A DNA stretch of 64,000 nucleotides from Vicugna vicugna (lineage: Eukaryota), in contig MU057887.1 of assembly GCA_013265495.1 (NCBI GenBank), positions 73,985 through 137,984 of the forward strand. Direction: 5' to 3'. Made by a program: the position numbers and the translations under genes. This document shows, in pieces, positions 47,201 through 58,540 of the stretch. Below the pieces are notes generated by a model that saw only the letters and a list, made by a program, of their open reading frames with translations, was not told the DNA's origin and made no database searches. Numbering within the stretch: position 1 is the first letter of the stretch; every line of letters begins with the position of its first letter.

Positions 47201-50200
47201 GATTGTCACACCATTTTGCTGTTTAGAAATGAACTGCAGAGTAGAGGGAGGTCTGGGGGACTTAATCACGGCGACGTGGAGCGGACCAGGTTCCTTACAA
47301 GGCTGTGTTATCTGCCTGGCACAGAGAAGCTTGGATCAGGGGAGAGCAGCGTCCTCAGGTGCCCTGCTGAGTCAGCGTTGGTGCTACCGTTTCTTACTGT
47401 GTCCGCGGAGTGGAGAGATGGGGTTGTGTGCAGGGCCAGGGCTGGCGTCGGTTGTAGCTCTGTTCTGAGTCAGATTTCCCCCAGAGAGTTTTCAGAAATG
47501 CAGTTTGTTTACCTGTACCACCATCAACAGGAAACTCGTGGGCTTGATCATTCCATTCCCTCAAAGAAGAGAATATTGAGGCAGATTTCATCAAGTGTTT
47601 CAGTATCACTGATTTTTCAAAGAAAAAAATATCAGTTTTGGTGGAAGTGACAGGTCATCTATAACCCAAACTGGCTTAAGCAGAAAAGAGGATTTATTGG
47701 CTCTTCACACTCAGGTACAGCTGGATCCAGGTGCACAGTGTTCTAGGGACATTTCTCTTCTGCCATTCTGTTTTCATTTTCCTTAAGTTCATGTGGTGAC
47801 CCTGGCTAGCTCAAGGCTCACATCCTCTCAGGTTTGGGTCCAGCAGAAGAAATTTTAAAAGCATCTCCTTTCAGTGGCTTTGTGGACGTCTTAGATGTCG
47901 GTCTGATTGGACTGGCTGTTCGTGTCATCGCTCCTGGGTTGATCCCCGTGGCTCAGGGAGTCTCGTGCTGTTACTGACCAGGCAGAGGTCCCGGGGGTGG
48001 AGCCTCACTCGCCATCGCAGGGCTGTGTGTATGCTTGTGTGCATGTGGGTGAGGGAAAGAGTGCACGTGTGTGTGTGTGAGGGAGAAAGTGGGTGAGTTA
48101 CGGGCAGAGGAGGGAGAGGATGCTGGTGGCCAAGAGGTGTCCACTCAGTCCAGCCATGAGCCCTCTTCCTGTGGGGCCGCAGGCCTGGACCCTGGCCGGA
48201 GCCTGTGTGTGTGGCATCGTCCCTTTGGGCACAGTGTGAGCAGTGCTGACTGGGGAGGCCGTGCCTCTGATGCCTGACGGGGTCTCCTGACACCGGCCTC
48301 CCTGCCCGTGTGTGGCCTCAGCAAGCCCTTGCCTCTGTCATTCTCCACATGCGTCTGGTAGACACCCAGTCCTTTCCTCACACTGGTCACTTCATGTCTG
48401 GGCCCCTGTCTCAGCCTGAGCGCTTCTGAAGGCACAAATCCATCCTGCTCTTTGTCGGGGCCCTTGGACCCTGCCTGGAACGGGTGGCAGGTGAGGGGTG
48501 AGGCCATTATTTCATATGAATGGAATCGTGTGATCTTTTGTGATGGCTTCTTTCACCAAGCATCATGTCTTCAAGGTTCGTCTGGGTTGTAGCAGGTGTC
48601 AGCACTTCCTTCCTTTTCATGGACGAATAATACTCCATTGTTCAGATACTAATGGGGATTTTTGTAAAGATGTGCACAGGTTTTGAAGCAGCATCTGGGC
48701 ACAGAATGACCATGTGGTAACTCTTAGCTATGATTGTGATTGCCAGCCCTATGCAGCCATGAGTAGCTGAGATGGAGCTTTGCTGGCCTCAGTCACCCCA
48801 TCTGTAAAGTGGGTACAGGAGTGAGTATGCGTATCTCTGAGGTGGGTGGCTCGGCAGGAATGAAAGTGTCCTTGTAGTGCTGTCCCCACTCCATGTGTCC
48901 CTGATCCCACCGCCCTCCACCCTGCTCTCCTGGGATGTGGGGCTGGTTGGTGAGGGGGAGCCCTGTGGGTGCCCTGGTCGGTGGGCAGTGCCTGCAGAGG
49001 AGGAGGTCACATGTAGAGGCCCAAACATGGGGTTGATGCCACCGTGCAGCTGGACCTTGAGTTGTTCATCGAGGGGTAGTTCTCCCGTGTTGAGGGGACG
49101 GGGTGCAGGAGGGCTGGGCAGGCTGAACCCCGAACACCAGAGTGATCTGCAGTCTTGGCGAATCAGATGGTAAGTGTTTTTTTTTTTTAATGTCAAGGAG
49201 GGAAATTAAACAGCAAACAGGTCACATGAAGGGCGCTCCTTTACTCCTTAAGCCCGGTGCACTTGTGTGTTAAATGCCCCCTGGGTTCCGTGTGCTTCTC
49301 CCTCAGGGCGTCGGAAGGACCCCACGCTCGGATCCTCAGGCGGTGGCATCCGGATGGTGTGCCCAGGCCACCCTGTCCCCCGTCACAGCATGTCCCGGCT
49401 GGACTTGGAGGAGCTGGCCGAAATAGGTAACGCGCATCCTCCCCCAGCCCCATCCTGGGAGATCCCTGGGGCACATTTGTTTTTAATAGGTAATATATTG
49501 ATATGGCTCAGAAAACCCTAGCCCTCTAAGAAGGTGCTCCGTGAAGCTGTCCTTCTACCCCATCTCTGGATTCCCACCTCCACCCTCAACAGCCAACCAT
49601 TAGGGACTTTTTTCTTTCCAGAATTTTTAATACAGATTCACCTGCACCCCCAAGGGTGATGACGGCCATCCTGCTGGGGTGCTGAGGCCCAAATGGGAAA
49701 ATACCCTCATTCACTGCTTCCCGCTCCCTGCTGGGGTGCCGGGTTCTAGACCCCCATTTTACAGATAAGCAGCCTGAGACTGAGTGACCGGAAAGCATGC
49801 CGAGGTCCCCCGGGGACAGGGCCCGGATGGGAGGAGAGCCCGTCATCCAGGTGTGTGGGGAGACCGCTTTCCGTGGCATCAGCTCGTGGAGCTGGTTAAG
49901 GCCACGTGCATATGCGTGTTTAGGTGAGGCGCTGTTTCTGTTCTTGTGTGCAGCGCCGCCAGACTATCTTATTCATTTCACTCAAGTGCAGATTTCAAGG
50001 TTTGCAGGAGCCAGGGCAGCACCTAAGGACCTGCTGAAATAAGTGATTTTCCATCTGCGTCAGCATTTGACACAGATGAGGAACCCTGACTGGGTTTTAC
50101 ATATGCTGCTCGAGAACCCGCAGTTTTACCTTCCAGTTTCTGCTCCTTAACGCAGAAGCATGCAGCCTCAAACCACTTCTCGCTCGGGTCGATTTGGCAG

Positions 50201-50374
50201 CATGATGATGGTAGTGCCAGTTTTAGGGGAGGTGACGTAGTTCTGAGACACGGGCCATCCTGTCCCCGGAAGGGGTCCTTGTTTCCCTCCTCCCCCGCCG
50301 TCCTTAAGGGGCCCAGGGTTCCAGCTCGTCGTCTCTTTACAGGTGTCCCTGCCACGTGCTGGAGCAGCTTTTAC

Positions 50375-50900
50375 TTTTCTTTTTAAATTGAGGTGAAATT
50401 CATTTAACATGAAATTAGCCATCTGAAAGTGAACAGTTCAGTGGTCTTTATGATATTGACAATGCTGTGCAGCCATCACCTCTCTCTGGTCCCAGAACAT
50501 GTTCATCACCCCAGAAGGAAACCCCAAACCCGTTAAGCCATCTCTTCCCCGTTCCTCCCTCCCCCCAGCCCCTGGCAACCATCAGTCTGCTTTCTGTCTT
50601 TATGGATTTACCAGTTTTGGAGATTTCATATAAATGGAATCGTACATTCTATGTCTTTTGTGTCTGGATAGATGACATTTTGTTTATCTATCCATCTATT
50701 GATGGACACTTGGGCTGGTTCTGCTTTTCAGCTTGGTGAGTGGTGCTGCTGTGAACATGGTGTGTACGTGGATTTGTCTGAAGATTTGTGCTCCTTTCCT
50801 TGTGTGCACACCTAAGAGGGGACTCGCTGGGTCGTAGTAATTCTGCGTTCCACTTTTTGAGGAATAGCCAAACTTTTCCACGACGTGCTCCAGTGTCATA
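50375..50900 (-). mobile_element. L1M (L1MB-like) 3' end
   Basis: ATTGAGGTGAAATTC...CAGCCCCTGGCAACC...ATTTCATATAAATGGAATC. Confidence 0.8.
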
Positions 50901-51789
50901 AACATCTATCAAGATGCTTCCAGAAGTGGGGCATTTGTGGGGTTTCCGTGGGGCTGTGTCTATAGGATGTGGCGGGTTTAGAGGTGGGTTACTTTCAGTG
51001 AACATGGGTCAGCCCAGCTCCGGGGCACGGCCTGAAGGTCCCCAGGACCTGGCCTCACTCAGCTCCAGCCTGATCCGCACGCTCCCCTCTGTCTCTGGTG
51101 TGAGGCTGACCAGGATGATCACTTACGGCCCCCATCTTCCTGCTCTTCCTCCTGGACTCGTGACCGTAGCTTTGTGGCCCCGTGGTCTGGCCTGCCCACC
51201 CCCAGGCCTCACCCTGCCTGCGTACCCCCTGCTCTCCCTCTGGCCATGCTTGTCTGTTACCCTTCCCCCACTAGGGCCCTTTCCTCCCTCTGGACCACTT
51301 ACCCTCTCACCCCTCTGTTATTTTATACCCGTCCATCATGAGCACTCAGTATAGACCCAGCTCCTCCAGGAAGCCTGCTCCAACCGCCTGGGATGGGCCA
51401 GCCCCTCGCCCCTGCCCCCTGCAGCCTGCAGGCCACTCAACTGCCCAGGGATCCTGGGAAAACCCGTGGATGGAGCTCTTCAGGGTGATAGGTCCCTACC
51501 CGTCTTCTCTAATTCTCCCCGGGACTCCCTGCTGACACCTCATGGCCTCTGTGCGCCGTTCCCTCCACCTGGATTCCCTTCCAGCAGGTTCCAGCCACCT
51601 GCCTCCCTCCCTCCTTCACGCCTCTGCTTAGAGGTCCCCAGCTCAAACCCCCAACCCTGTGTCCCCCTTAGGCTGCTTGATCTTCCGTTTGCCCCCCACA
51701 CCTGACATCCCTCTGGTGTCTGTTTCTTGACCCCGCACGAAGGCTGGTCCTCGAGGGCAGAAACTGCATGAGTTCCCTAGAGCTCCTGA

Positions 51790-52170
51790 AACAGCCCCAC
51801 AGAGCTCGTGTCTTGGCACAACGCTGTCTGAAGTGCGTTTCACTGGGCGGGTCTGTACTGAGGCCTGTACTCCCTGGGGGCTCCCGGGGAGAAGCTGTCT
51901 CCTGGCTTTTCCACGTGCCTGGGCTTGTGGCCCCCCAACACCCTGCAGCTCCGCATCTTCCTGTCTGTCTGTCTGTCTGTCCTCATATCTCCTCGGATGC
52001 TGACCCTCCTACCTCCTTCTTACAAAGACCCTCATGATGACATTGGTTCCACCCAGATACTCCGGTTTGATCTCCCCATCTCAGGTCCTTCATCATTTCT
52101 GCAGAGTCTCTTTTGCCGTGGAAGGTCCCCTGGTCTCAGGTTCTGGGGATCAGGATGCGGACATCACGGG
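51790..52170 (-). mobile_element. MaLR LTR (MLT1 family), degenerate
   Basis: CCTCCTTCTTACAAAGACCCTCATGATGACATTGG...TCTCCCCATCTCAGGTCCTT...CAGGTTCTGGGGATCAGGATG. Confidence 0.65.
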
Positions 52171-52533
52171 GCTGCCAGTGTCAGCATCTCTCAAGAAGGG
52201 CCCACATTGGAATGTAGAGCCGGGGAGCTGAGTTCACGGCCACACCTTGCTGCCAGTTAGCAGTACGACCTTGGGGAGTCATTCCCTGCTCTGAGCCTCG
52301 GTTTCCACCCCTGACCACACAGAGGACAATATTCAGCCCTTGGCTGTCGTTTTTCCCTCTCCTGGTGCTACGCACTGAGCGGCTGCGCAGTGGGTGCATA
52401 GCAGAGGTGGGTGCATAGTGGGTGCACAGCTGAGACAAGGTGTGTGTCTTAGAAAGACCTCAAGAGGCTCCCTCTCTGTCCTCCATCCTTGGGAATATAG
52501 CTGACTTCCTCTCCCCCTCATTGTCTGCTGTAG

Positions 52534-52677
52534 AGCTGCAGAGAGATGAGGAGGAGGCCGCGGCACTGGGCGCGGTGAGAAGGACCCCGGTGGCGCCCAC
52601 GGCTGGCCCGGACCCTGCTCTGAGCATGAATCACCCCTTCTACGACGTGGCCAGACACGGCATCCTGCAGGTGGCCG
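52534..52677 (+). CDS. ARHGAP8: ARHGAP8 exon with translation start ([48 protein letters not shown]); first in-frame ATG at 52626
   Basis: Pyrimidine tract + TAG acceptor (52531-33); G|GTGAGT donor; 144 nt; [16 protein letters not shown] is the recalled ARHGAP8 N-terminal sequence. Confidence 0.93.
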
Positions 52678-52889
52678 GTGAGTCCCAGCTGGGTGGTTCC
52701 CCAGGACACCGACAGGGCCAGCCTTCCGTGGGTCCTGTGGCACAAGACGGGCTCCTCACGTAACCCCAAATGTCCTCTTTAGAAAACTTCTAACGTCTAG
52801 GTAGTGGGGAGGAATACTGGTCCAGATGTGAGGGACGTGGACCCACAGATTAGGTGCTCACCACAGGAAAGCAGGAAATCTAGTTACTT

Positions 52890-53120
52890 TTAATAAGATG
52901 TAAAAAATTCATCATGTGTGTTAATGTGCAGTGGGTTTATTATTCTTTTAAAATGAGCGAGTAACTAAATATTTAAAAATTCTCTGTTTTAGGTTTTTAA
53001 TACAGTAAATTTCTATAGAAATAACCCACATTAAAAAAAATTATTTAAAATCTCTTTGAGGTCCTCAGTGAGTTTTAAGAGTATTGACATGTTCTGAGAC
53101 CTAAAAGTCTGGGAACCAGT
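52890..53120. mobile_element. hAT-Charlie-like DNA transposon end
   Basis: AT-rich block ending GAGGTCCTCAG...TTTTAAGAG...CTGAGACCTAAAAGTCTGGGAACCAGTG. Confidence 0.5.
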
Positions 53121-53124
53121 GGCC

Positions 53125-53640
53125 TTGTCTATGATCTGTCTTGTGCACTTAAAAAGAATGTATATTATATTCTGCATTTTGGGGCGGAATGTTCTGTGTA
53201 TTTCAATTAGGTTAGGTTGGTTAATAGTGCTGTCCAAATCTTCTGTCTTCTTCATCACTTTTGTGTCTGCTTCCATCAGTTACTGACGGAAGCGTTCAAA
53301 GCTCCCACAGTTAGAATTTGCGCATCACTCCCTTTGGTTCTGCCCACTTTTGTTCTGTGTTTTGATGCTTTGTTTTAGGGGCGGCATATATACTTAGGGT
53401 TTTTATGGCTTCCTGATGTGTTGACCTTTTTGTCATTGTGGGGTGGCCCTCCTTCCGTGGGTCATACTCCTTTATTCATCCTCTTTGCCCTGTTTGTCTG
53501 ATGTTACAGTCGTCACGACAGCCACGCCAGCTTTCTCCGTGTTGCTGTTGGTAGATACGCCCTCTCCATCCTTCCCCTTCCAGCCTGTCTTAGTCTCTGC
53601 GTGGGCAGCGTGTCTCTTAGAAACAGCTGATCATTGGCTC
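53125..53640 (-). mobile_element. Old LINE-1 fragment (ORF2 endonuclease region)
   Basis: Minus-strand ORF 53031..53276 (EDLDSTINQPNLIEIHRTFRP) resembles the L1 EN domain. Confidence 0.75.
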
Positions 53641-54035
53641 TCTCCTTTCTTTGAGAAGCGGGCTGAGTATTGGAAGCCACCTTCTTGACAACTTGCATAC
53701 CGTGCTGGGGAGTTTGCACTCGGTCACGATGGCTCTGGGGAAGCTTGAACAGCACCGACGTAATCGGGTCTGATTTAGGGGATCCTTCTCGCTGCGGCGT
53801 GGAGGGTGCTGACGGCGGCTGCAGGAGGCAAGGAGACGCACGGGAGCAAGAACGTAGCAGCAGCGAGAAGGGAGTGGATGGAGCTGAGAGAGACTCCAAG
53901 ATGTTATGCTGAGGACCAGCTGAGTCCCACCTGGGATCAGGCCCTCGTAGACGAGATGAGGCTCCTGGGTGCAAAAGGAAAAGTGGAATTAAGAGACGAG
54001 GGTCTCCGGGCAGTGACTCAGGCTGGCTCTTCTTT

Positions 54036-54156
54036 TCTTTATTTATTTTTCTTTCTTTTTTTAAATAATTTTTCTCTTTTATGGAGGTACTGGGGATTGA
54101 ACCCAGGACCTCGGGCATGCCAAGCACTCGCTCTACCACTGAGCTATTGCCCTCCC
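54036..54156 (-). mobile_element. tRNA-derived SINE, Vic-1-like
   Basis: GGGGATTGAACCCAGGACCTC...CTCTACCACTGAGCTA; perfect 13-bp TSD CTGGCTCTTCTTT at 54023-54035 and 54157-54169. Confidence 0.88.
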
Positions 54157-56913
54157 CTGGCTCTTCTTTCACGTGCCTCACCTCCACCTGCTGCTCTGGT
54201 GGGGGCCGGCGGGACACAGTTTCTTCCTGGCAGGAGGCTGTGGGCATCCCCAGGGTTTGTGGCGGGCCCTTCAGCACCGTTAAGGGACTGTAGCTGCCAT
54301 GGGGCTGTGCTCAGGCCCTTCTAGAGACACCGCATGGAACCGTCACAGTTGAACACGTGGGCCTGTGTCCGCACTCCTGCAGGTTTCCTTGGGAGGGTGG
54401 AGGCTGGGCAGTCATCTTTGGATTCCGGATGGTTTTTTCGGACTAGATTTCTCACTCACTCAAACACCAGCTTCTTGAGCTGTTTAGGTGTCTTAAAAAG
54501 AACACCTGATAGCCTCGAGCCATCCTGAAGACCGCGGCCCCCCTCAGAGGTCGTGGATAGCTGCAGAAGGAATCAGCAGGACCAGCTCCACACTCGGCGA
54601 ACGGGGTTTTGTAGTCAGGGATCGACGGCAAGGGGAATGAAGGGCCTCACCTGGGTGACTCAGTGGCTCAGGATGGAGAAAACCATTAGAGCAAAACCCA
54701 GCGTCCCTGAAATCACGCGTGGCTTTTCCAGTTGGAGCGCCCGGTGAGGGCAGGCCCCGGGGTTCCCTCCCTGAGGGCTGGCCCTCCAGCCCTCCTCCCA
54801 GGCCTCACCTGGTCCAGCGTTGTCCCCTCATCCCAGCTCAGCCATGCTCCTTTGTGTCCGGTGGGTCTGTGAAGTGGGGACGGTTCAGGACCTGGAACCC
54901 TTTTTCCTGCTCCTCCAGGAGGTGGCACAGGCCACTCTGGGACCCCCTTCAGGGGTAAGCAGGCATCCCTCTCTGCGAAGGGGCTCCTCTAATTTTCCTC
55001 TCCCAAATGCCACCTCCTCCAGCGCTGAACGTCCAAGCCACAGCCAAAAACCAAAGAGTCTTCTTGAAAATAGTATTGAAGGATCTCTCATTACTTTAGG
55101 GGCTGTATGTTTGGCCAGGTGGAAGCTTTGTAGAACTTTAACTCTTAAGGCAGTGCTCTGTACATACAGTTGATTTAAATATTTTGAGGAGCGGTCGTCA
55201 TCTGAAGCTCCGGGCTGGGGCTGGGGCTGGAGCTCAGAGGGGAGATGAGCCTGCAGAGAGCAGGGGGGTCCCGAGAGATCGAGGAGGTGGGACGTGTCAT
55301 CTCTGAGGCGCGTGGCAGGGCAGAGGGACACCGGGTCTGGTCCCGCTGGAGGACAGTCACCACCCTCACATCCAGAGCTTTCCTCGCGGCCCATTCAGAC
55401 TCCAGCTGGCCTTCCCTGCAGGATGAAGACAAAATGAGTCTTCAGATCACCTTTCACTTCTGCAAAAGAAAGTTAGCAACCTGACAACAAAAACCAAAAC
55501 AGACAAGCCCCCACGTTGGTCCCGATGAGGCTGCTGCTGCCTTTATTACGCATTTTAATCATCCTTCACTCTCGGAGCGATGATGGATCGACGCGGGCGT
55601 GGCAGGGCAGCGGCTCGGGGAGTCATTTCTTTATTCATAAACGGGGCTTCTCCCGCCTCGGAGACAGTGAACGATGCTGTGCTGTAAACAGCCAGTGGAG
55701 GAAAAGGGTCATGAATTAAACCGATGCTGCGTCCAGTCTGTGTTTTATTGATAGTTTTCATTTCCCGCCGTATTATATCATGTGGAAGCCCGTTCTCGAC
55801 ATGCTGGCCCGTGTTGCGGAGGGCAGCCGAGGGTGTTCACTCATCTTGACTGATGTCGTTGACGCCGATGCCCAGCGACTGTGCAATCAGCGGGAGGGCT
55901 GGGTGTCCAGGGATTCCTCTGGGCTGTGGAGGAGGCTGGACCCCAGCGGCTGCGGAGTGCAGAAGGCCTCCTCCCTGGGAACGTGAGGGACCCGGCGGCA
56001 GAGGGGGCTGCCGAGGCCGGGCGGGGGGGTGCCACCCTGGGAGTCGACCGGCTGCGGGGTGGACCCAGCTCTGACACTCCCTGGCCTCCCCGGGCCTTGG
56101 TTTTCTCACCTGGAAATGAACAGCACACCTGGAAGCCGCCCCGCATCCCACCTGGCACGTGGTCATGGGTCACATTTATTGAGCACGTGCTGTGTGCCAG
56201 CTCTGCAAGACTATTCAAGCTATCGATCTAGTCTCCCCTGAACCCCTTGAGGGGCCAGGCAGGAGCCGTGTCTGGTCTCTTGTCTCCAGAGCTGAGCGCA
56301 CGTGGGCCTTCAGCAAGCGCTTGTTGGCCGGATCTTCCGTTCACCAAAGTAGCGCATCCCCAAGACTTTCCATTCGGTCCGATTCAGATGTTAGTGCTCG
56401 TTTTCCCCGTCGCTTCATGGTGGCTGCAGACTTTCTGTTTCAGCCCCAGCGGCTTTTAGTTCCTGGCTCCTTCAGTAGCCGCACAGACAGTTCACATCCT
56501 CAGAAGCCGACTGGTCCTTTTCCCTTTCCTCCCGCGGAGCCCCGGCCTCCAGGGCGGTAGGAACGTTGTTTGGAAAACAGTCCAGGCAGAGCCGTGGAAG
56601 GCTTTGTGCCGGAAAACGCCCCTCTGGCAAGGGGAGCAGATCAATGTGTGGGTTCCAGCGCAGCCCTCCCAGCGGGAGCTTTCTAAGCAAATGGAAACCA
56701 TGACCAGAATTCTCAAGCAACCTGTGAAAAGGCCGCTTTATTTGGAAACCGAAACAACTCTCGAATTCTGAACGTCCGAGTGGCTCCCAGGCTCCTGGGA
56801 GAATCAGACGTGCCCTAAATAACAAATAGCTCCCTGGCCGGACAGCGGGCGGGGACCTCGAGGGGCACGTGATGTGTGCGCGCCTGTGTGTGTGCCCGCG
56901 CATGTGTGTGATC

Positions 56914-57008
56914 TTTTTCTTTCTTTTTTAACAAAGATGCTGGGGATTGAACCCAGGGCCTCGTGCATGCTGAGCACGTGCGGTACCTCTGAGCTAGACC
57001 CTCCCCCC
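56914..57008 (-). mobile_element. tRNA-derived SINE, Vic-1-like
   Basis: T-rich tail followed by GCTGGGGATTGAACCCAGGGCCTCGTGCATGCTGAGCACG...GAGCTAGACCCTCCCC. Confidence 0.82.
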
Positions 57009-57497
57009 GACGCATAGGATCTTGCCTTTCAGAGCTGGGGGCGGGGCTGAGGAGGCGGGGCTGCCGTTCTTCTCATTTTAAGCAAACCTCTGAGAACAGT
57101 TGTGAATACTTGTTAAAGGGGCTTAAAGTGGGTTCAGAGTCGGGCACGTTTCTGGAAGGGCTCCCTTGTGTTTCCTTCAGGTTCCTGGTAATCTTCCCAC
57201 AGTCAGTCCCTCAGCCAGTCAGTGAATGGGTGTCGGGCATCATTTGAGCCACAGGCGTGGGCAGCAGGCGTGGGCTCTGGGGATGCAGATGGTGAAGGTG
57301 AACTTGACACAGGTGCGCAGAGCGTCAGGTGGTGGGTGCCCATTCTCAGGTGCTGCATCCACCTCGCCCTGGGCACCTGTGGCCTAGTGGGCTGGTCAGG
57401 AGGCTACTGGTCTTTGTTATCACCTGCGGGCGTGATGGGGGAAGGCAGCCTTGGGTGTCAGTGCCACGAGGCTCGGCTCACGCTGTCTCCCCTGCAG

Positions 57498-57585
57498 GGG
57501 AGGACCGCCTTGGAAGACGAGTCGTCACGTTCAGCTGCTGCCGGATGCCCCCCTCTCATGAGCTCAACCACAGGCGGCTGCTGGA
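57498..57585 (+). CDS. ARHGAP8: ARHGAP8 BCH-domain exon ([30 protein letters not shown])
   Basis: CCTGCAG acceptor; GA|GTAAGT donor; 88 nt; phase 1 to 2. Confidence 0.96.
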
Positions 57586-58334
57586 GTAAGTCCCGTCCCC
57601 TGCCCCCTCCACGCACCCCCACCGCCTTGTGCACACATCCCCTCTGTAGGCTACCCCCCCCCCGTGTAAATGCCTCTCTGACTCTCAGCACCAAGTGGAT
57701 GTTCGGGGTCAAAGGCTAACATGCACAGACTGACGGGCAGGTCCCCAGGTGGATGTCACGTCAACTGCCAGGTCACCAGTCCACCCCTGGGCCTGGAGCC
57801 CACAACTCGAAGTGAACAAAGGCACAGTTGGGTCCCAGAAGCACCTGGAAGCTTTGGGCTGGTTGTTCCGTGAGGCTCCCCCTGACCCAGGTGTCTGCTC
57901 TGGCTTGTTAAAGAATCTTCCAGTAGCTGCTGAAGATATAATGGCGATGGCAAAATCTTTGCTGGGAACTGGGGCCCAGAGTCTTTCTGCCAGAGAGCCA
58001 GTTCTGCTGTCTCGAGCTGGGATCGGCTGTGGAGTTCTCGAGGGGAGCCCGCGTGCCAGGCAGCGGGTTCCCCCGGACGGCAAGCCGGCCCTCCCAGGAG
58101 GTGCTGGCCTCCCTGAGGAGCCAGGCCAGTCTGCCGCCCACTCTGTGTAGACAGGGCACGTGGGGAGGGAGGGGTGCCCGAGCCCAGAGCACTGGTACCC
58201 TGTGGTCCTCCGAGATCAAACACATTCCCTTGCCAGATTATTCCTTTTGTGGCATCAAGTAATCTGTGACCTGTGGGTCAGCTCTCACCAAGGGTACCAC
58301 TGCTGGGCCAGGAGTGAGTTCAGGATGTGTTTTC

Positions 58335-58540
58335 TTGGAAAGACAGAAAGCAGGTTGGTGGTTGGGGGTGAGGGCCAGGGGAAGGAGGAACGCCTGCTTA
58401 CTGGGCTTTTTTTGGGGGCAGTGAGAATGCTTTAGAGCTGGCTGAGGTCATGCTTGCACAGCATTGTGAATGGACTGAATGTCACTGAATTGTTCACTTT
58501 AAGATGGTTAATGTCACACATTTCACCTCAATCCAAAAAA
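58335..58540 (+). mobile_element. L1M 3' end, sense orientation
   Basis: GACAGAAAGCAGGTTGGTGGTTG...CACTGAATTGTTCACTTTAAGATGGTTAAT...TTTCACCTCAAT. Confidence 0.75.

Noticed and set aside
52389..52430. GTGGGTGCATAG short repeats (and the 20-bp and 27-bp repeats) as a CRISPR-like array
   Set aside because: Only 2-3 copies with no spacer structure, in eukaryotic DNA; ordinary slippage duplications.
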